Positions 10,362-22,102 are shown, counted from the first letter of the stretch. The stretch: 64,000 bases of DNA from Histomonas meleagridis 2922-C6/04-290x (GCA_020184695.1 JAANOX010000231.1:248001-312000); one strand, 5' to 3'. Program-made: numbers and translations. The notes: generated by a model not told the origin, from the sequence alone.

Positions 10362-11720
10362 TTATTGTGATTTTCTTGAACTGCTCTCTAGTTCCCAATC
10401 ACTTTGTGATGGTTTTTTATATATGGATATATATGTCATTATTGCAATACAATCATCATATTCTGAACCTCTGAACACATTAAGATTTCCAAATTTATTA
10501 CTTTGATATTCGTTTTTTACAATCACTAAAATATTAACTCCAACAAATGCATTATAATTCACAAATGGCTCATTATCTCCAAAATAATAAACACATTTGA
10601 GAGAAATACATTCAGAAAAAGCATGTTCACGAATTTCTTCAACTCCGCTTCCAATGAATAATAAGTTCATGCTTGTGCACCCTTGGAAAGCACCGACGTC
10701 AACTAAAATTACAGATTTAGGAAGAGTGAATCCTTTTATACCTTTACATCCATGAAATGCATATGCTTTAATTCTTTCAACTTTTAAACTCATTTGAATG
10801 TAATTGAGATGAACGCAATTTTTAAATGCATTTCTCTCAACAGATATTACATTCCGATGGAATATAAATATTTCTCTTCTTTTTCCTTCTGGAAACCTAA
10901 TTATTTTTGATGTTTTTTTGTTATATAAAATGCCATCATCATTGTAATTTGAGTAATAAATGTTTTTTTCATTAACGAATATTATTTCTAACGAATAACA
11001 ATTAATGAAAGCAAGTGGATCAATATTTTTTACAGATTTCCCAATAGATATCCTACTTAAATTTCTACATTTAAAAAATGAATGATATCCAATTGATATA
11101 GCACGATGAGGGATTTCTATTTCTAACAAATTGATACATCCACTAAATGTATTATTTTCGACTGATGATACTTTTGTTCCAAAAACAAAAAATTTCAAAT
11201 TTCTACATTTTTTAAATGCTGATATTCCAATTGTTCTTACTGAATTTGGAATGATAATTTGTTCAATTAATTCACAATAACAGAATGCCATATCCGCAAT
11301 TTTAAATAATGATGGCCCATCTCCAAAAATAATTGCTTTTAATTGTCTACATGAACCAAAAGCAAATTTTCCTATCTCAATTAATGAATTTGGAAAATGA
11401 AGATTCTCCAAAGATATACAATTAGCGAATGCAAGATCTCCAATTTTGGCAATTTTTTCTCCAAATGTTACTACTTTTAAATTTGCACAATTTCTAAAAG
11501 CTCCATCGTCTATTGCCATTGTATGTTTCCAAATAAAAACTTCTTTTAACCCTTTCATTGAATCGAATGAATTTGCCCCAATTATAATTACATCATTCCA
11601 AAAAATTAGTTTGTCTGCAAGTAAATAACGTTGAGTAATATGCGAAGTGATGATTTCTATTTTAGAAAAATTCACTTCAAATGATTGAACTTGTTTTAAT
11701 ATCAAAATAAAAAGAAGCAT
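10362..11720 (-). CDS. BspA-like (TpLRR/LRR_5) leucine-rich repeat surface or secreted protein
   Basis: Repeated IG..AF..C..L..I.IP.SV units and an N-terminal hydrophobic signal (MLLFILIL). In-frame ATG is at 11720. Confidence 0.9.
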   Translation of the reverse strand: MLLFILILKQVQSFEVNFSKIEIITSHITQRYLLADKLIFWNDVIIIGANSFDSMKGLKEVFIWKHTMAIDDGAFRNCANLKVVTFGEKIAKIGDLAFANCISLENLHFPNSLIEIGKFAFGSCRQLKAIIFGDGPSLFKIADMAFCYCELIEQIIIPNSVRTIGISAFKKCRNLKFFVFGTKVSSVENNTFSGCINLLEIEIPHRAISIGYHSFFKCRNLSRISIGKSVKNIDPLAFINCYSLEIIFVNEKNIYYSNYNDDGILYNKKTSKIIRFPEGKRREIFIFHRNVISVERNAFKNCVHLNYIQMSLKVERIKAYAFHGCKGIKGFTLPKSVILVDVGAFQGCTSMNLLFIGSGVEEIREHAFSECISLKCVYYFGDNEPFVNYNAFVGVNILVIVKNEYQSNKFGNLNVFRGSEYDDCIAIMTYISIYKKPSQSDWELESSSRKSQ

Positions 11721-12581
11721 AATTAATAATAACAAACATAAAAAACAAATAAATGGTCATTCAATAAAAAACTTTTATAACTCAATCATCCTTTATGTCG
11801 AAAAATATACAATTATTAAAGAATTGTATCTTCCATCTTTTATTATTAAATTCACCAATGTATAATTTATCAGATTTTAATTAATTCAATTAATTGTGAC
11901 AACTGAAAAAAATTTACTTAAAAACAAAAAAACTATGAAATCGAAAATGTTTTCATTTATAGTGTCTTTATAATGACACAAATTTTAATAATAACTTACT
12001 CATGAAAAAATACACTTATGATTACTACTCCTTGGTGTTAACACCGCTGTTGCTAATGTTGGTTTCCATTTTGGATGTGTGTTCATAAACATCAATATAT
12101 TTAAGTGATGATACTTCATAGAAAATTACTTTGCTCAATTCAGCTCTTTCATCAATTGATGAAACTACTCGTTTGGCACCAAGATCACATTTGATCTAAT
12201 AAGTATAATAATAATTTCATCATCTAGTCTAATAATAATGATCATCATTATGAAAGTTCTTCAAATAGAGCGCTCTATTTGTAATATAGTAGAGGAAAAT
12301 TATTCTTTTTGAATCATGCATCCACAAGCATTGTATCAACATATTTACCTTAGATTTCAAATTTTTTTTCAGAAAAGATGTGCTAGCATTATATCCTTCT
12401 TTGTTTTACCAACATAGCCACTGTCTGCCCAAGAAATTTTCGAATAAATCTTTTTTTTCTTCTGTCATCTAAAAATTTCTTTACAAAAAAAGTGATATTT
12501 TGTCACTTTTAATATTAAGTGCCTGTTATTTGTGATACAACTTTTTGAATAATATACGGTTTTCGGCTAACGTTCAAACAA

Positions 12582-13991
12582 ATGAAAAAGCAAAAATTAG
12601 CTTTTTCCACTCTTTTCAGGAATGGCACTGCTTTCAAGCCTACATTGGATGACCAAATTCTTAGTGGCCGTTTCAATACCATTAAAATTCATTCTGCTGT
12701 TTGGAAATTCTATCTTCTTATTTTTCCATCTTCTAATTCAGTTTCTATACATCCAGGTGAGTGGATGAATATCCTTCAAAAAAAGCGTGAAGAGTACATC
12801 AAAATCAAAGAAAAATTTTCAATTCAACCTGATAATGAAAAAGATGAAGATGGTCCTTTAGGCGCAACAGTTGGTTCAGGTTGGAATCAATATTTTGAAG
12901 ACAACAATCTTCGTGCATTAATTATGAAAGATATTAATCGTTTATTCCAAGAAATCCCTTTTTTTTGCGAAAAAGAAAATCAAGATATTATACTTGACAT
13001 CATATTTTTCCATCTTCGTAACAATCCCACCCTTGAATATTATCAAGGTTATCATGAGTTATGTGGTATGATTTATTATGTATTCAAAAATGAAATGCGA
13101 GTCACAGAAAATACCAAAGATCCATGTGACAAATTCTTCAACTTTATGTTTGATTCTAATTATGTTGAAGCAGATACCTTTTGGGTTTATTCAAGTCTTA
13201 TCCAAAATCTCGAAATTTTATATCGTCCTCCATCGATTAGTTCTGATGACTCCTACTCGATGCGCAAATGCCTTGAGATCCAAAACGTCATGCTTTCGCG
13301 TTATTCACAGGAGGAGTCTCGAATTCTTCAATCAGTCAATCCATCAGCATCAATGCTATCATGGATTCGCTTATTATTTGTCCGAATGTTTGGCATACAA
13401 GATTGCATCCCTATTTGGAGCATAATTTTTGCACATTTTCCTGATTTAAATTTGATATATTATATTGCATTAAGTGTTTTGCTCAGCATAAAATCCGATA
13501 TTTTGGCCGCAGAGTCCGAAACGGACATATTAAACATAGTGTATCATCTTAAAACGCCGAATCCGAATGCGATAATTTATGATGCATTAAGAAAAATGGC
13601 GCCTTCGAATGAACCTGAAATACGAAAACATGCACTATACGATCCGATTTCGAATGAAACAGAGCAGCTAATTAAGGAAATTAACACAATTTCGAAAGAT
13701 GATTTAATTGATAAATTAGAAAAAATCAGAGATATGTTTAACTTGATACAAAAACCCGATAATTCAATCATCGAGGAATTAATGGTCGAAAGTACTGTAA
13801 TTCAACAGGATGATGATTTGCTAATGAAAGAACAGAACAAAACAGAAAACAATGTGAGCAAATTACCAAAAGCTTCGAAAAAATCTATAAAAAATGACTT
13901 CTCTATCTTGACAGAAGAAGATAACATATCAGAAAAAAAGAAGAAAGGCGATAGCTTCTTCATGAAGAGAGGAAGTGCTGTTTTCAAATGA
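12582..13991 (+). CDS. TBC-domain Rab GTPase-activating protein
   Basis: IMKDINRLF (IxxDxxR) and YYQGYHEL (YxQG) catalytic fingers, EADTFW, and WIRLLFVR...IWS. Confidence 0.9.
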   Translation: MKKQKLAFSTLFRNGTAFKPTLDDQILSGRFNTIKIHSAVWKFYLLIFPSSNSVSIHPGEWMNILQKKREEYIKIKEKFSIQPDNEKDEDGPLGATVGSGWNQYFEDNNLRALIMKDINRLFQEIPFFCEKENQDIILDIIFFHLRNNPTLEYYQGYHELCGMIYYVFKNEMRVTENTKDPCDKFFNFMFDSNYVEADTFWVYSSLIQNLEILYRPPSISSDDSYSMRKCLEIQNVMLSRYSQEESRILQSVNPSASMLSWIRLLFVRMFGIQDCIPIWSIIFAHFPDLNLIYYIALSVLLSIKSDILAAESETDILNIVYHLKTPNPNAIIYDALRKMAPSNEPEIRKHALYDPISNETEQLIKEINTISKDDLIDKLEKIRDMFNLIQKPDNSIIEELMVESTVIQQDDDLLMKEQNKTENNVSKLPKASKKSIKNDFSILTEEDNISEKKKKGDSFFMKRGSAVFK

Positions 13992-14358
13992 TCAAATGAT
14001 GTTACCATGAAATGTGTAGTGAAAAATTATGTAAAAAGTGTCAACTTAACGTGTTTTTTCTTATGTTAAATTTTTAATGTTATTTCCAGCAGAAACATTG
14101 GAACTTTTGCGTTTTCTATTGTTGAATGAAAATATTAAGGAAAAAACAGAACTTACCAACTTCGAAGAAAATTATATTGCATATTTTAATTTGACTTATT
14201 GAACTTTTTACAATATAATGAGAGCACAAGGTACTTAATAATTTTTATAAACAGATGTTTATGAGAAAAATGATTAAATGAAGGTTTATAACTTTCTTGA
14301 AACACCCAATGTGGCATTTTTGATTTTATTCAATATAAAATGGCAGAAAAAGTATTGG

Positions 14359-16053
14359 ATGAAAACGAATGAATTGTTTTGGAGAATTGCTTTCTCTGAT
14401 AAAACAACAGGTATAGCTGCTATACCTCAATGTTTAACTGCTGGCAATGTTTTTGGTGATGGTGATAACAGAATTTTAATTGCTACACTCGATCAAAAAA
14501 TATTATGTTTTGAAGGTCCACGAATTACTCATGAAAAAACGCTTCCAGAATTACCTAGTAGTATATGTGTTCATCATAGTGGTAAATCAACGAACACATT
14601 AATTCCATTAGTTGCGGTTGGATGTGGTAATAGTGTTTTATTCTTTTTAAATATGCGTGAATATTCAAAATTTACACTTCCGCCTCCATTTAAAAGTGAT
14701 GAAGAAATGCAAATTTATCAAAAATTTATTGATGGAAATCTTACAATAGGTGAGATGAGACAAGAAATTCTTACAGCCAAAGAAAAAGGTTCTAAATTAT
14801 GTCGAGCTTCTATTTCTCTTCTTCAAGCAGATTTATCAACACCTTCTTCAATAGAACATCAACTAAATTCTCTTAAAGAAGTTACAACAAGTGACTGTGT
14901 AACTGCATTATCTACAATCAAATGTAATGCTATCAATGATGATAATTCTACACGTCTTTTAGTTGGAACTGAATCACGTTCTATTTTGATGTTGGATTCC
15001 ACCGATAGAAAAGTTGAAAGACGATGGGATCTTGGGGCACCCCCTTCGGTTATCAGAACCAGTGGTTATTTAACGGGCACCTCTCTTGTTGCTGTAATTT
15101 CTCGAGACAGAATTCTAAGACTTATCACAAATTTATCTGAACATCCTACATCTATTAGTTGTGAATCATTTCCTATTGACATAGCCATCTGCTCAGGTTA
15201 TATTTATGTCGCACTTATGTCCAAACTAGTAAAAATTTTTGATTCAATCGGCAAACATATTGGAACAGTAGCATTTGATGAACATATAGTATCACTTTCA
15301 TCAATAGACATCGAAACATATCAATTTCCATGTTGTTGTGTTTCAACATCTTCAGGCGAAATCACATTTTTAAACAAAGAAGAACGTATTTCGACGCAAA
15401 GGTTTGAAGAAGGCATCTCAGCAATGTATTTTGGGAAAGTTGGGCGTGAGCCATATAATTTATTAACAATGTCAAAACATGGCGGCCTTTACTTACGCAC
15501 ATTTTCACGTATGCAAACTCCAAGCTCTGCCAAAGCCAATGAACCAGAACAAATTCAGCCAATACCTATTCCTAAGAAATCGAAATTATTTTTAAGCAAT
15601 TGCGAAAATGAACGCAACAACTCGGCTGAAGAATACAATGAGTGGTGCAACTCCATTCGTTATTTAAGGTTACTTGCAGCAAAGACATATGCTAAAATTT
15701 GTGAAGATTCAGTTGCATCTCCTATTGAAGATGTTTCATTCAACACAAAAATCTTCGGAATGGGCCCCGAATACATAATGAACGTGAGCTGCGTCAACAG
15801 TGGCAAAGAGGCACTGACTATGATGAAAATTATTCCTATGTTTAATAAAGAAATATTTTCCATTGAACCCGACTGCGTAACTTTGCCGCTGTTGGTCGGT
15901 GGATATAAATATACCGCAAAATTTGTGGTCAAGGCAAAGTCGAAAAGTGGTAAATCTGATTTCGTAAAAGTGATTGCAATATCACCAGACTCAGTGACAC
16001 CGCTTTGTTCCGCATTGGTAAATGTTCCAGTGTCACAATTTCCTGTTTTATGA
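14359..16053 (+). CDS. BBS1: Bardet-Biedl syndrome 1 protein (BBSome subunit)
   Basis: GDGDNRILIA, LPELPSSI, VAVGCGNSVLFFLNMREYSKFTLPP, LLVGTES and a C-terminal GAE-like segment (PLLVGGYKY). The likely start is the second ATG (MKTNELFW). Confidence 0.85.
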   Translation: MKTNELFWRIAFSDKTTGIAAIPQCLTAGNVFGDGDNRILIATLDQKILCFEGPRITHEKTLPELPSSICVHHSGKSTNTLIPLVAVGCGNSVLFFLNMREYSKFTLPPPFKSDEEMQIYQKFIDGNLTIGEMRQEILTAKEKGSKLCRASISLLQADLSTPSSIEHQLNSLKEVTTSDCVTALSTIKCNAINDDNSTRLLVGTESRSILMLDSTDRKVERRWDLGAPPSVIRTSGYLTGTSLVAVISRDRILRLITNLSEHPTSISCESFPIDIAICSGYIYVALMSKLVKIFDSIGKHIGTVAFDEHIVSLSSIDIETYQFPCCCVSTSSGEITFLNKEERISTQRFEEGISAMYFGKVGREPYNLLTMSKHGGLYLRTFSRMQTPSSAKANEPEQIQPIPIPKKSKLFLSNCENERNNSAEEYNEWCNSIRYLRLLAAKTYAKICEDSVASPIEDVSFNTKIFGMGPEYIMNVSCVNSGKEALTMMKIIPMFNKEIFSIEPDCVTLPLLVGGYKYTAKFVVKAKSKSGKSDFVKVIAISPDSVTPLCSALVNVPVSQFPVL

Positions 16054-16236
16054 ATTTGGTGCGCACATTTTTGTTATTTAGTAAATATTATCTTGAATCA
16101 ATTTTAATTACTTATTATAATTTAATGATTTAAAAAATTGATTTGTTGTAACATGAAAAAATTATATTAAAATTAAAAGATTTTTTTTCTGCAAAACTTA
16201 AATTATGAAATTTATATTTATTAAACAACAAAACAT

Positions 16237-19200
16237 TTACAATTCATTATTTTCGTTTTCTCTATATTCATCGATATATTTATATGATTCTTCCGAACAC
16301 AATAATACCGAAAGTGCATTTTTCACTTTATTTTTGTCTGTATACAGATCACAAAATGCAGTTTCAGGCGGTAATGTTAATGTTTGTATTCCCAACTGCG
16401 CTATGTTCATAATTTCGTTATCTATTTCATTAAATATTTCGTTTACGTTTTTCCTTTGATATAAATCTCTTATATATTCACCACAATTTTCTTTAAACCA
16501 TTTCTTCAAATCAACAAAAAACAAAACAGTGTTATGGAATGGTCTTTTTTGTCTTTTTTCGAGCATTTCCAATGACATAAAATAACAATTTTTTTTATTA
16601 ATATTCGATATTTCCGGAATTGCGATAATTGAGTTCTTCATATTTAATGAAAATAAATTTGTTACATTTCGAATCCAAATAATTTTTGGATCACAAAATA
16701 ATAACTTTCGAATTGTCGGCGGAAAATATATATCAAGATTTAATAGTTTTATTAATCGAAGTTTATCATTATAATTATTTGGGATATCAATGTTCGGCGA
16801 AAATAGAATTGGAAGTTGTTCAACATTAAAATTAGGTTTAAAATGTTGAAATGTTCCAATAACCCAAAATTTTATGTTTTTATTTTTATTATTTTTTTGG
16901 AATGATTTCATCATATTAATTGTTTGTAATTCGGTTGTTGAATTTTCGATATAAGTTAAAACATTTAATGAATTATCTTTTTTGAAATGAATTTTTTCTT
17001 TTTTCGGTAAAAGCCTAAGAAAAATTGGTGAAAGTTTATCAACATTTACTAATTTATCATAAATTCCTTTTGTCTTATGTTTTCCTATTGGTAATTTCAT
17101 CATAAAAAATCCTTCATCTTTTGTTGGGGCTTTTATTTGATTCCCAATTTCGATGGTGTAAACATCTGAAATAATTCCTGTTATAACAACTTTTTGAATG
17201 TAGAAATCGTTTTTAATTTTTATCACTTCAAAATTCGAAGGAAATTTTAATTCATAAGTTTCATCTGTTTCAATAAAGTCATTATCGAAAGCATAGAAAT
17301 GATATTTTTTAAGGTGATCAGGTAAATTCATAATTTTATTATAGTTTATTGAATGTAATATGTTTATCGAAAAATTATGTTTGTATAAATGATATATAAT
17401 TGACATTAAATCAGGAAATGATTCATCAAATGGATCAACAACAAATTCACATTTTAATGAATTATTGTTGTTAAGACTTACTAAAAAGTTATTATCATAT
17501 TTTAAATGTTTAATTCTTTTTATTCCATTTGCATATTGTGAAGTCCTCCATAAGTAAATATATATCATTTGCATGTGATTGAAATCTTTTAAATCTTTTC
17601 CATAACATTTATATAAATATTGAAGTAAAAAGGTAAAATCTTCAATAGAAGGAACGTCTTCAATGATATGACATCCAATTAACATTTTCGTTTGATTATA
17701 ATTAAAATTAAAACCGAATTTTAATAATTCATTAAAATTTTCGGGTGAAATATATATAAACGAAACATTAAACTTTATGTTATCATTAAATAAATTTTTA
17801 TATTTTTCTATAATTTTTTTTGTTGTAACAAAAACCGGAATTTGATTCTCATTTCCATTTGTTAATATAATTGGAAGTTTACTTAAAATTTTTGTGATTT
17901 CAATTTGTGATTTATAATTAAGTTCGAGAAAATGTGTAAATTTATTCGGTATTTCAACGTAAATTCGATTCATTACAACAAAGTTTTTACGAAATATTTC
18001 ATCAAGATTTGAATCAATTGATATATTATACTTCGGTATAATTTTATGATATATTTTGGCCCAAATTTCACCAATCCTTTGAAATAATATTTTGGGATTA
18101 ATACCTTTAAATGGAGTAATTTGGCCATTAACAAGTAACGTCGTTTCAGTTATGTAATTTTTTGTTGCATATTTGGAAACATATTCTGAAAATTGAAATT
18201 CTGATGTTGATGGATTCATTAACATTTCAAGAAGTTCCCACTTTAAATACATTTTGGAGCTTTGATATGCTTTTTCATACCCTTGATAAAGACCTTCAAT
18301 CAGAAAATTTAATGCTTCCCGATCTGTTCCTTTTAATAAAATGTGATAAAAAGCAAATGCAATCTTTCGTTCGGTTTCATTACCGCTATTAAAAATTGGA
18401 TAAATAGCTGCAGAAATATAATGTGGAACTGAAATGTCTTCATAAAAGGCTTTCAATAGGGGAAGAGAACGTTTATCATTGAATTTTACAAAAAAATCAA
18501 AGCGAATTAATCGTTTCCGAACGTTTAATGTGGGGTCTTTAGGATCAATGGTTGTTTGAAGAAAAAGCTGGGAATTGGCTTCAATGTCCATAATATTCAA
18601 CCCAAAATGATAATCTGGAACCGGTATATATACGTGTGGATCTGAAAATATTTTGGAATGATGAAGATGATCAATTTGTGAATTTGTAAAATTCAGAAAT
18701 TCAGCAATTTGTATATTATTGTACTCTTGAATTAAAGTTTCTATAACAGAATGTATAAGAGGAGGTACAATTCTTCCATTAATTACTGCCATACATTTTT
18801 GATATTGTTTATTATGATTAATAAAAGATTGAATTAGTGAAACGTTAACTTCAATGTTGTTGATGTAATCGCAGATGGAAGAAAAGTTTAGCGCCATTTC
18901 TTTCATAAAATTTAATTTATCTAAATTTGAGAGATTTTCTTGATACAAATATGTAATATATTTCCACTGTATGTTTGGCGTAAGTTGCGGTTCAGGATTG
19001 ATAGTTTTTGTTGCTGAAAATCCTCGTATTTTTGGAAATGAAATTTTTGATGATACATTTTTTAAAATAGATGCCTTTGGGTTAAATACCTTAAACGCAA
19101 GAGATAGATTTAAAAGTTGGGTTAAAATATTTTTAGAATTGGAATCAAACATAAATAAGGAATCAGTGAATTGTTGTTTTTCATCATCAAAATTTGTATC

Positions 19201-19269
19201 AGGCCAGTTCCCAAGTAGATGTGTTTGAACTTTAATGATATTAATTATGAAAAGAAAAAAGAAAATCAT
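16237..19269 (-). CDS. UDP-glucose:glycoprotein glucosyltransferase (UGGT)-like protein with a degenerate GT24 domain
   Basis: Signal peptide. The C-terminus aligns with GT24 (KLLNLDIYFPPTIRKLLFCD, FHNTVLFFVDLKKW, LPPETAFCD). It ends in an ER-retention-like NNEL. Confidence 0.7.
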   Translation of the reverse strand: MIFFFLFIINIIKVQTHLLGNWPDTNFDDEKQQFTDSLFMFDSNSKNILTQLLNLSLAFKVFNPKASILKNVSSKISFPKIRGFSATKTINPEPQLTPNIQWKYITYLYQENLSNLDKLNFMKEMALNFSSICDYINNIEVNVSLIQSFINHNKQYQKCMAVINGRIVPPLIHSVIETLIQEYNNIQIAEFLNFTNSQIDHLHHSKIFSDPHVYIPVPDYHFGLNIMDIEANSQLFLQTTIDPKDPTLNVRKRLIRFDFFVKFNDKRSLPLLKAFYEDISVPHYISAAIYPIFNSGNETERKIAFAFYHILLKGTDREALNFLIEGLYQGYEKAYQSSKMYLKWELLEMLMNPSTSEFQFSEYVSKYATKNYITETTLLVNGQITPFKGINPKILFQRIGEIWAKIYHKIIPKYNISIDSNLDEIFRKNFVVMNRIYVEIPNKFTHFLELNYKSQIEITKILSKLPIILTNGNENQIPVFVTTKKIIEKYKNLFNDNIKFNVSFIYISPENFNELLKFGFNFNYNQTKMLIGCHIIEDVPSIEDFTFLLQYLYKCYGKDLKDFNHMQMIYIYLWRTSQYANGIKRIKHLKYDNNFLVSLNNNNSLKCEFVVDPFDESFPDLMSIIYHLYKHNFSINILHSINYNKIMNLPDHLKKYHFYAFDNDFIETDETYELKFPSNFEVIKIKNDFYIQKVVITGIISDVYTIEIGNQIKAPTKDEGFFMMKLPIGKHKTKGIYDKLVNVDKLSPIFLRLLPKKEKIHFKKDNSLNVLTYIENSTTELQTINMMKSFQKNNKNKNIKFWVIGTFQHFKPNFNVEQLPILFSPNIDIPNNYNDKLRLIKLLNLDIYFPPTIRKLLFCDPKIIWIRNVTNLFSLNMKNSIIAIPEISNINKKNCYFMSLEMLEKRQKRPFHNTVLFFVDLKKWFKENCGEYIRDLYQRKNVNEIFNEIDNEIMNIAQLGIQTLTLPPETAFCDLYTDKNKVKNALSVLLCSEESYKYIDEYRENENNEL

Positions 19270-19579
19270 TTTTAGGAGGATTTTTGAGGACGTTAAAAAA
19301 AAATCTGTTTGTTTTTAAATCTCAAATTTTTTCTTTTTTCTCCCAAATCCATAAATTTGTGATGCACAAAATGTAGTATAAAAAACAATATTTTGGCAAA
19401 TAGGATCAATAATATAGAGGGAATAATCTAATTTTCTTCGAAGACCGCATGATTTGACTAAGTCTGTTTTATAAAAAAATCACCATAAATAAAAATCAAA
19501 ATATTATTTTGTCTATATTTTATAATAAGTTCTAAAATAAATAATTTTTCAGATCATAAATAATTTAAATATATAAAAA

Positions 19580-20201
19580 ACAAGAAACAAACCGAAACAT
19601 TACAGTCTATTGAACAAATTATTTTTGGTCTAAATGAAGAAAATATTAATGAATCTATAGATTCTTTGATGAATATTTTTTCACAAGAATTTTTTTATTC
19701 ATTTAAATTATCTGTTTGCAGATTTTTATATTCATATTTTGTATCAAAAGATAATTATAAATTATGTTTTGTATTTTTAAAAATAGTTCAACAAAAATAG
19801 AAATTATCATTGATCCAAACAATAAATCAGATATTGATATTTTTATAGATCTTCTTCTCATTTACAAAATAACTCAAGAATCAAGTTATCTTCTTGAGAA
19901 AATAGTTGAAAATGATTTGTACAGACAAACTCAGATTCAAATATTTACCATATTTTGTATATGTAAATGATGAAAATGATTTATGGTATTAAGGTTTTAA
20001 GGATTTCATATCAGAACATTATGATGAAGTATCAAATAATAATTGGGAACTTCATAAAAAATTAATTAAAGAAGGGCTAATCCAAATGAAATTGCGAAAA
20101 GAATACGAAATGATGATATCAAAAGACTTCAAGAATTATCATCACAAGAAAACTTTGATATAAATCAAGCAATTGAACCATCACTTTATGAAAGATGTTC
20201 A
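19580..20201 (+). pseudogene. Truncated DUF3447/ankyrin-family paralog (N-terminal part only)
   Basis: Across frameshifts it reads QIIFGLNEENINESI ... YDEVSNNNWELHKKLIKEG ... IRNDDIKRLQELSSQENFDINQAIEPSLYERCS, homologous to 1325-2026, then breaks off. Confidence 0.75.
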
Positions 20202-20493
20202 TCATTTTCGTCGTCATCATTTTTCATTTTTTGATGTTTTTTCGGCACTTCTTTCAATACGCATTAAGTAATACAGTTGCAACTCACAATTAGTCAGCCT
20301 AAACTGGTTAGTTTATCAAATAACATGTTATTGTGGAAACCTTATTCAGTTCTGAATCTCCTTATTCTCTATTATTAAATGACACTGAGTTTTAACGTTT
20401 TTTTATTCGGTTTTTCTTTTGCAGCAATTTTTTGTCAATTTTGAATATGGTATAACGTACTCTTATTGGAATAAGAAAAAAAAAAAACAACAA

Positions 20494-22062
20494 ATGTATT
20501 GGGGAAAAGCACAACCATCATATACCGAACTTCTGAACTTAGTACAAACTAATCCACCAGATTATGAAGCTATTCTCGAAGATTCAGATTTGATTCCATT
20601 ATTTAGTTCAGGAAATAAAATTTTTACTTCATTCTTGCAAAACGAAACCAATGCTCGGTATATCCTTCAGCAGCTATTTTCAAATGAAAACGTCAAGATA
20701 TCACAAAAAATCATGCAAATGTCAACTTCTTATTCATCACCTTTGTTAAACTACCTAATTACACACCATTCATTCTCAGAGTCATTTATCCAAAATATTG
20801 AATGTGGTGATGATGTTCGTATTGGATATTTATCTCGAATATATTCATATGCGTTTGATCTTCGTCTTGATGGAATAATAAGCTTATTCTCAAACTCTGT
20901 TCCAATTATTGTAAGTCTCCTCAAATGCATTCATACATCTTCAATTTTTAGTCTCATTGAATCTTACAATAATTCCATAAAACCTAATATGAAATGGCTC
21001 CCATTTGTTTGTCTTAAACTTATTTCCCCACCAGGCTCAAATATTCCTATACCATCTTATCTTAGCAGTTATTCCAATAAAATCGATTCAGTTTTCGATC
21101 AACTTTCCGAATACAATTTCACAAATTCACATTATTCTAAAATGGCGCTTCTTATTCTTCATACACTTAACACAGGTAAAGAACCAAATTTCCTCAATTC
21201 TCTCAACGATGTTTTAAATGGAATTTATACACAACATAACGGCATAAAAGTTCGAAATATAATAATTGAACTCGCAACACTTATTCCAAGTGCACCTGGA
21301 ATGAAAGAAATTGCTATTGATCTTGTCAAAAAACCTGTTCCTTATGATGAAGATTCTGTACTTTCTTTAAAGCTTTTGAGTAAAATAGCTGATAAGTCAT
21401 TAGAGAACATCGTTCCAGATATAATTGATAGATTCATAAATGATAAAAATAATACATTCCATGCAAAAGCTTTTTGTGACTTCGTTAGATCTGCTGTTGA
21501 TGTACCAGAGTTATTGGATATTTTGGAGGAAAAATTTTTGCCAATTGCAATGGAAGTTGGAAGAAAAGAAAAATGGCGAGAAAATGCTGCATGTGTAGCA
21601 TATTTCCTTGAAACATCATCGTTAATCGGTCAACATTTAGCTAACCCAAGTGATGAATGGAATGAGTTCAACGAAACATCGCTGAAGGAATGGGGCACCC
21701 GAAACGAGGGACTTTTACGGGGCAACCTGAAGTTTGAAAGCAATTATCTCGAATATGAAGAAGAAGAGGAAGATGATTATGAGTATGATGACATATTCTT
21801 TGAAAATGATGATGATTGTTTTGTTGTTGTTGGAAATAATACTGAGGAAATTAATGAAGATTCAGAAGAACAAGAAAACAATGAAACAACAACAAACATT
21901 CAAAACACATCTTGCGATGAAACAGAGCCATACGTAAAATACCTTAAACAACTAATTAACACAGGAAAATTTCAAAGCGCTCCTTTGGAATGCATCAAAA
22001 AATTCAAACAACCGTTTTGTCTATCGGCGGAGGACGTTATCCTTTTCAGTAAATCGAAATAA
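20494..22062 (+). CDS. SAPS/SIT4-associated (PP6 regulatory subunit)-like protein
   Basis: N-terminal YEAILEDSDLIPLF...NKIFTSFL pattern, a helical body, W..F...L..W and an acidic C-terminal tract. The likely start is MYWGK. Confidence 0.6.
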   Translation: MYWGKAQPSYTELLNLVQTNPPDYEAILEDSDLIPLFSSGNKIFTSFLQNETNARYILQQLFSNENVKISQKIMQMSTSYSSPLLNYLITHHSFSESFIQNIECGDDVRIGYLSRIYSYAFDLRLDGIISLFSNSVPIIVSLLKCIHTSSIFSLIESYNNSIKPNMKWLPFVCLKLISPPGSNIPIPSYLSSYSNKIDSVFDQLSEYNFTNSHYSKMALLILHTLNTGKEPNFLNSLNDVLNGIYTQHNGIKVRNIIIELATLIPSAPGMKEIAIDLVKKPVPYDEDSVLSLKLLSKIADKSLENIVPDIIDRFINDKNNTFHAKAFCDFVRSAVDVPELLDILEEKFLPIAMEVGRKEKWRENAACVAYFLETSSLIGQHLANPSDEWNEFNETSLKEWGTRNEGLLRGNLKFESNYLEYEEEEEDDYEYDDIFFENDDDCFVVVGNNTEEINEDSEEQENNETTTNIQNTSCDETEPYVKYLKQLINTGKFQSAPLECIKKFKQPFCLSAEDVILFSKSK

Positions 22063-22102
22063 ACAAAAGAAAATATGTCATTTTGATAAAAGTTTTTCGG
22101 GT

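Noticed and set aside
12414-12431. Minus-strand WADSGY peptide resembling an IS5/ISL2EU-type DDE transposase motif
   Set aside because: It is only six residues in a short stop-bounded frame, with no other catalytic motifs or terminal repeats.
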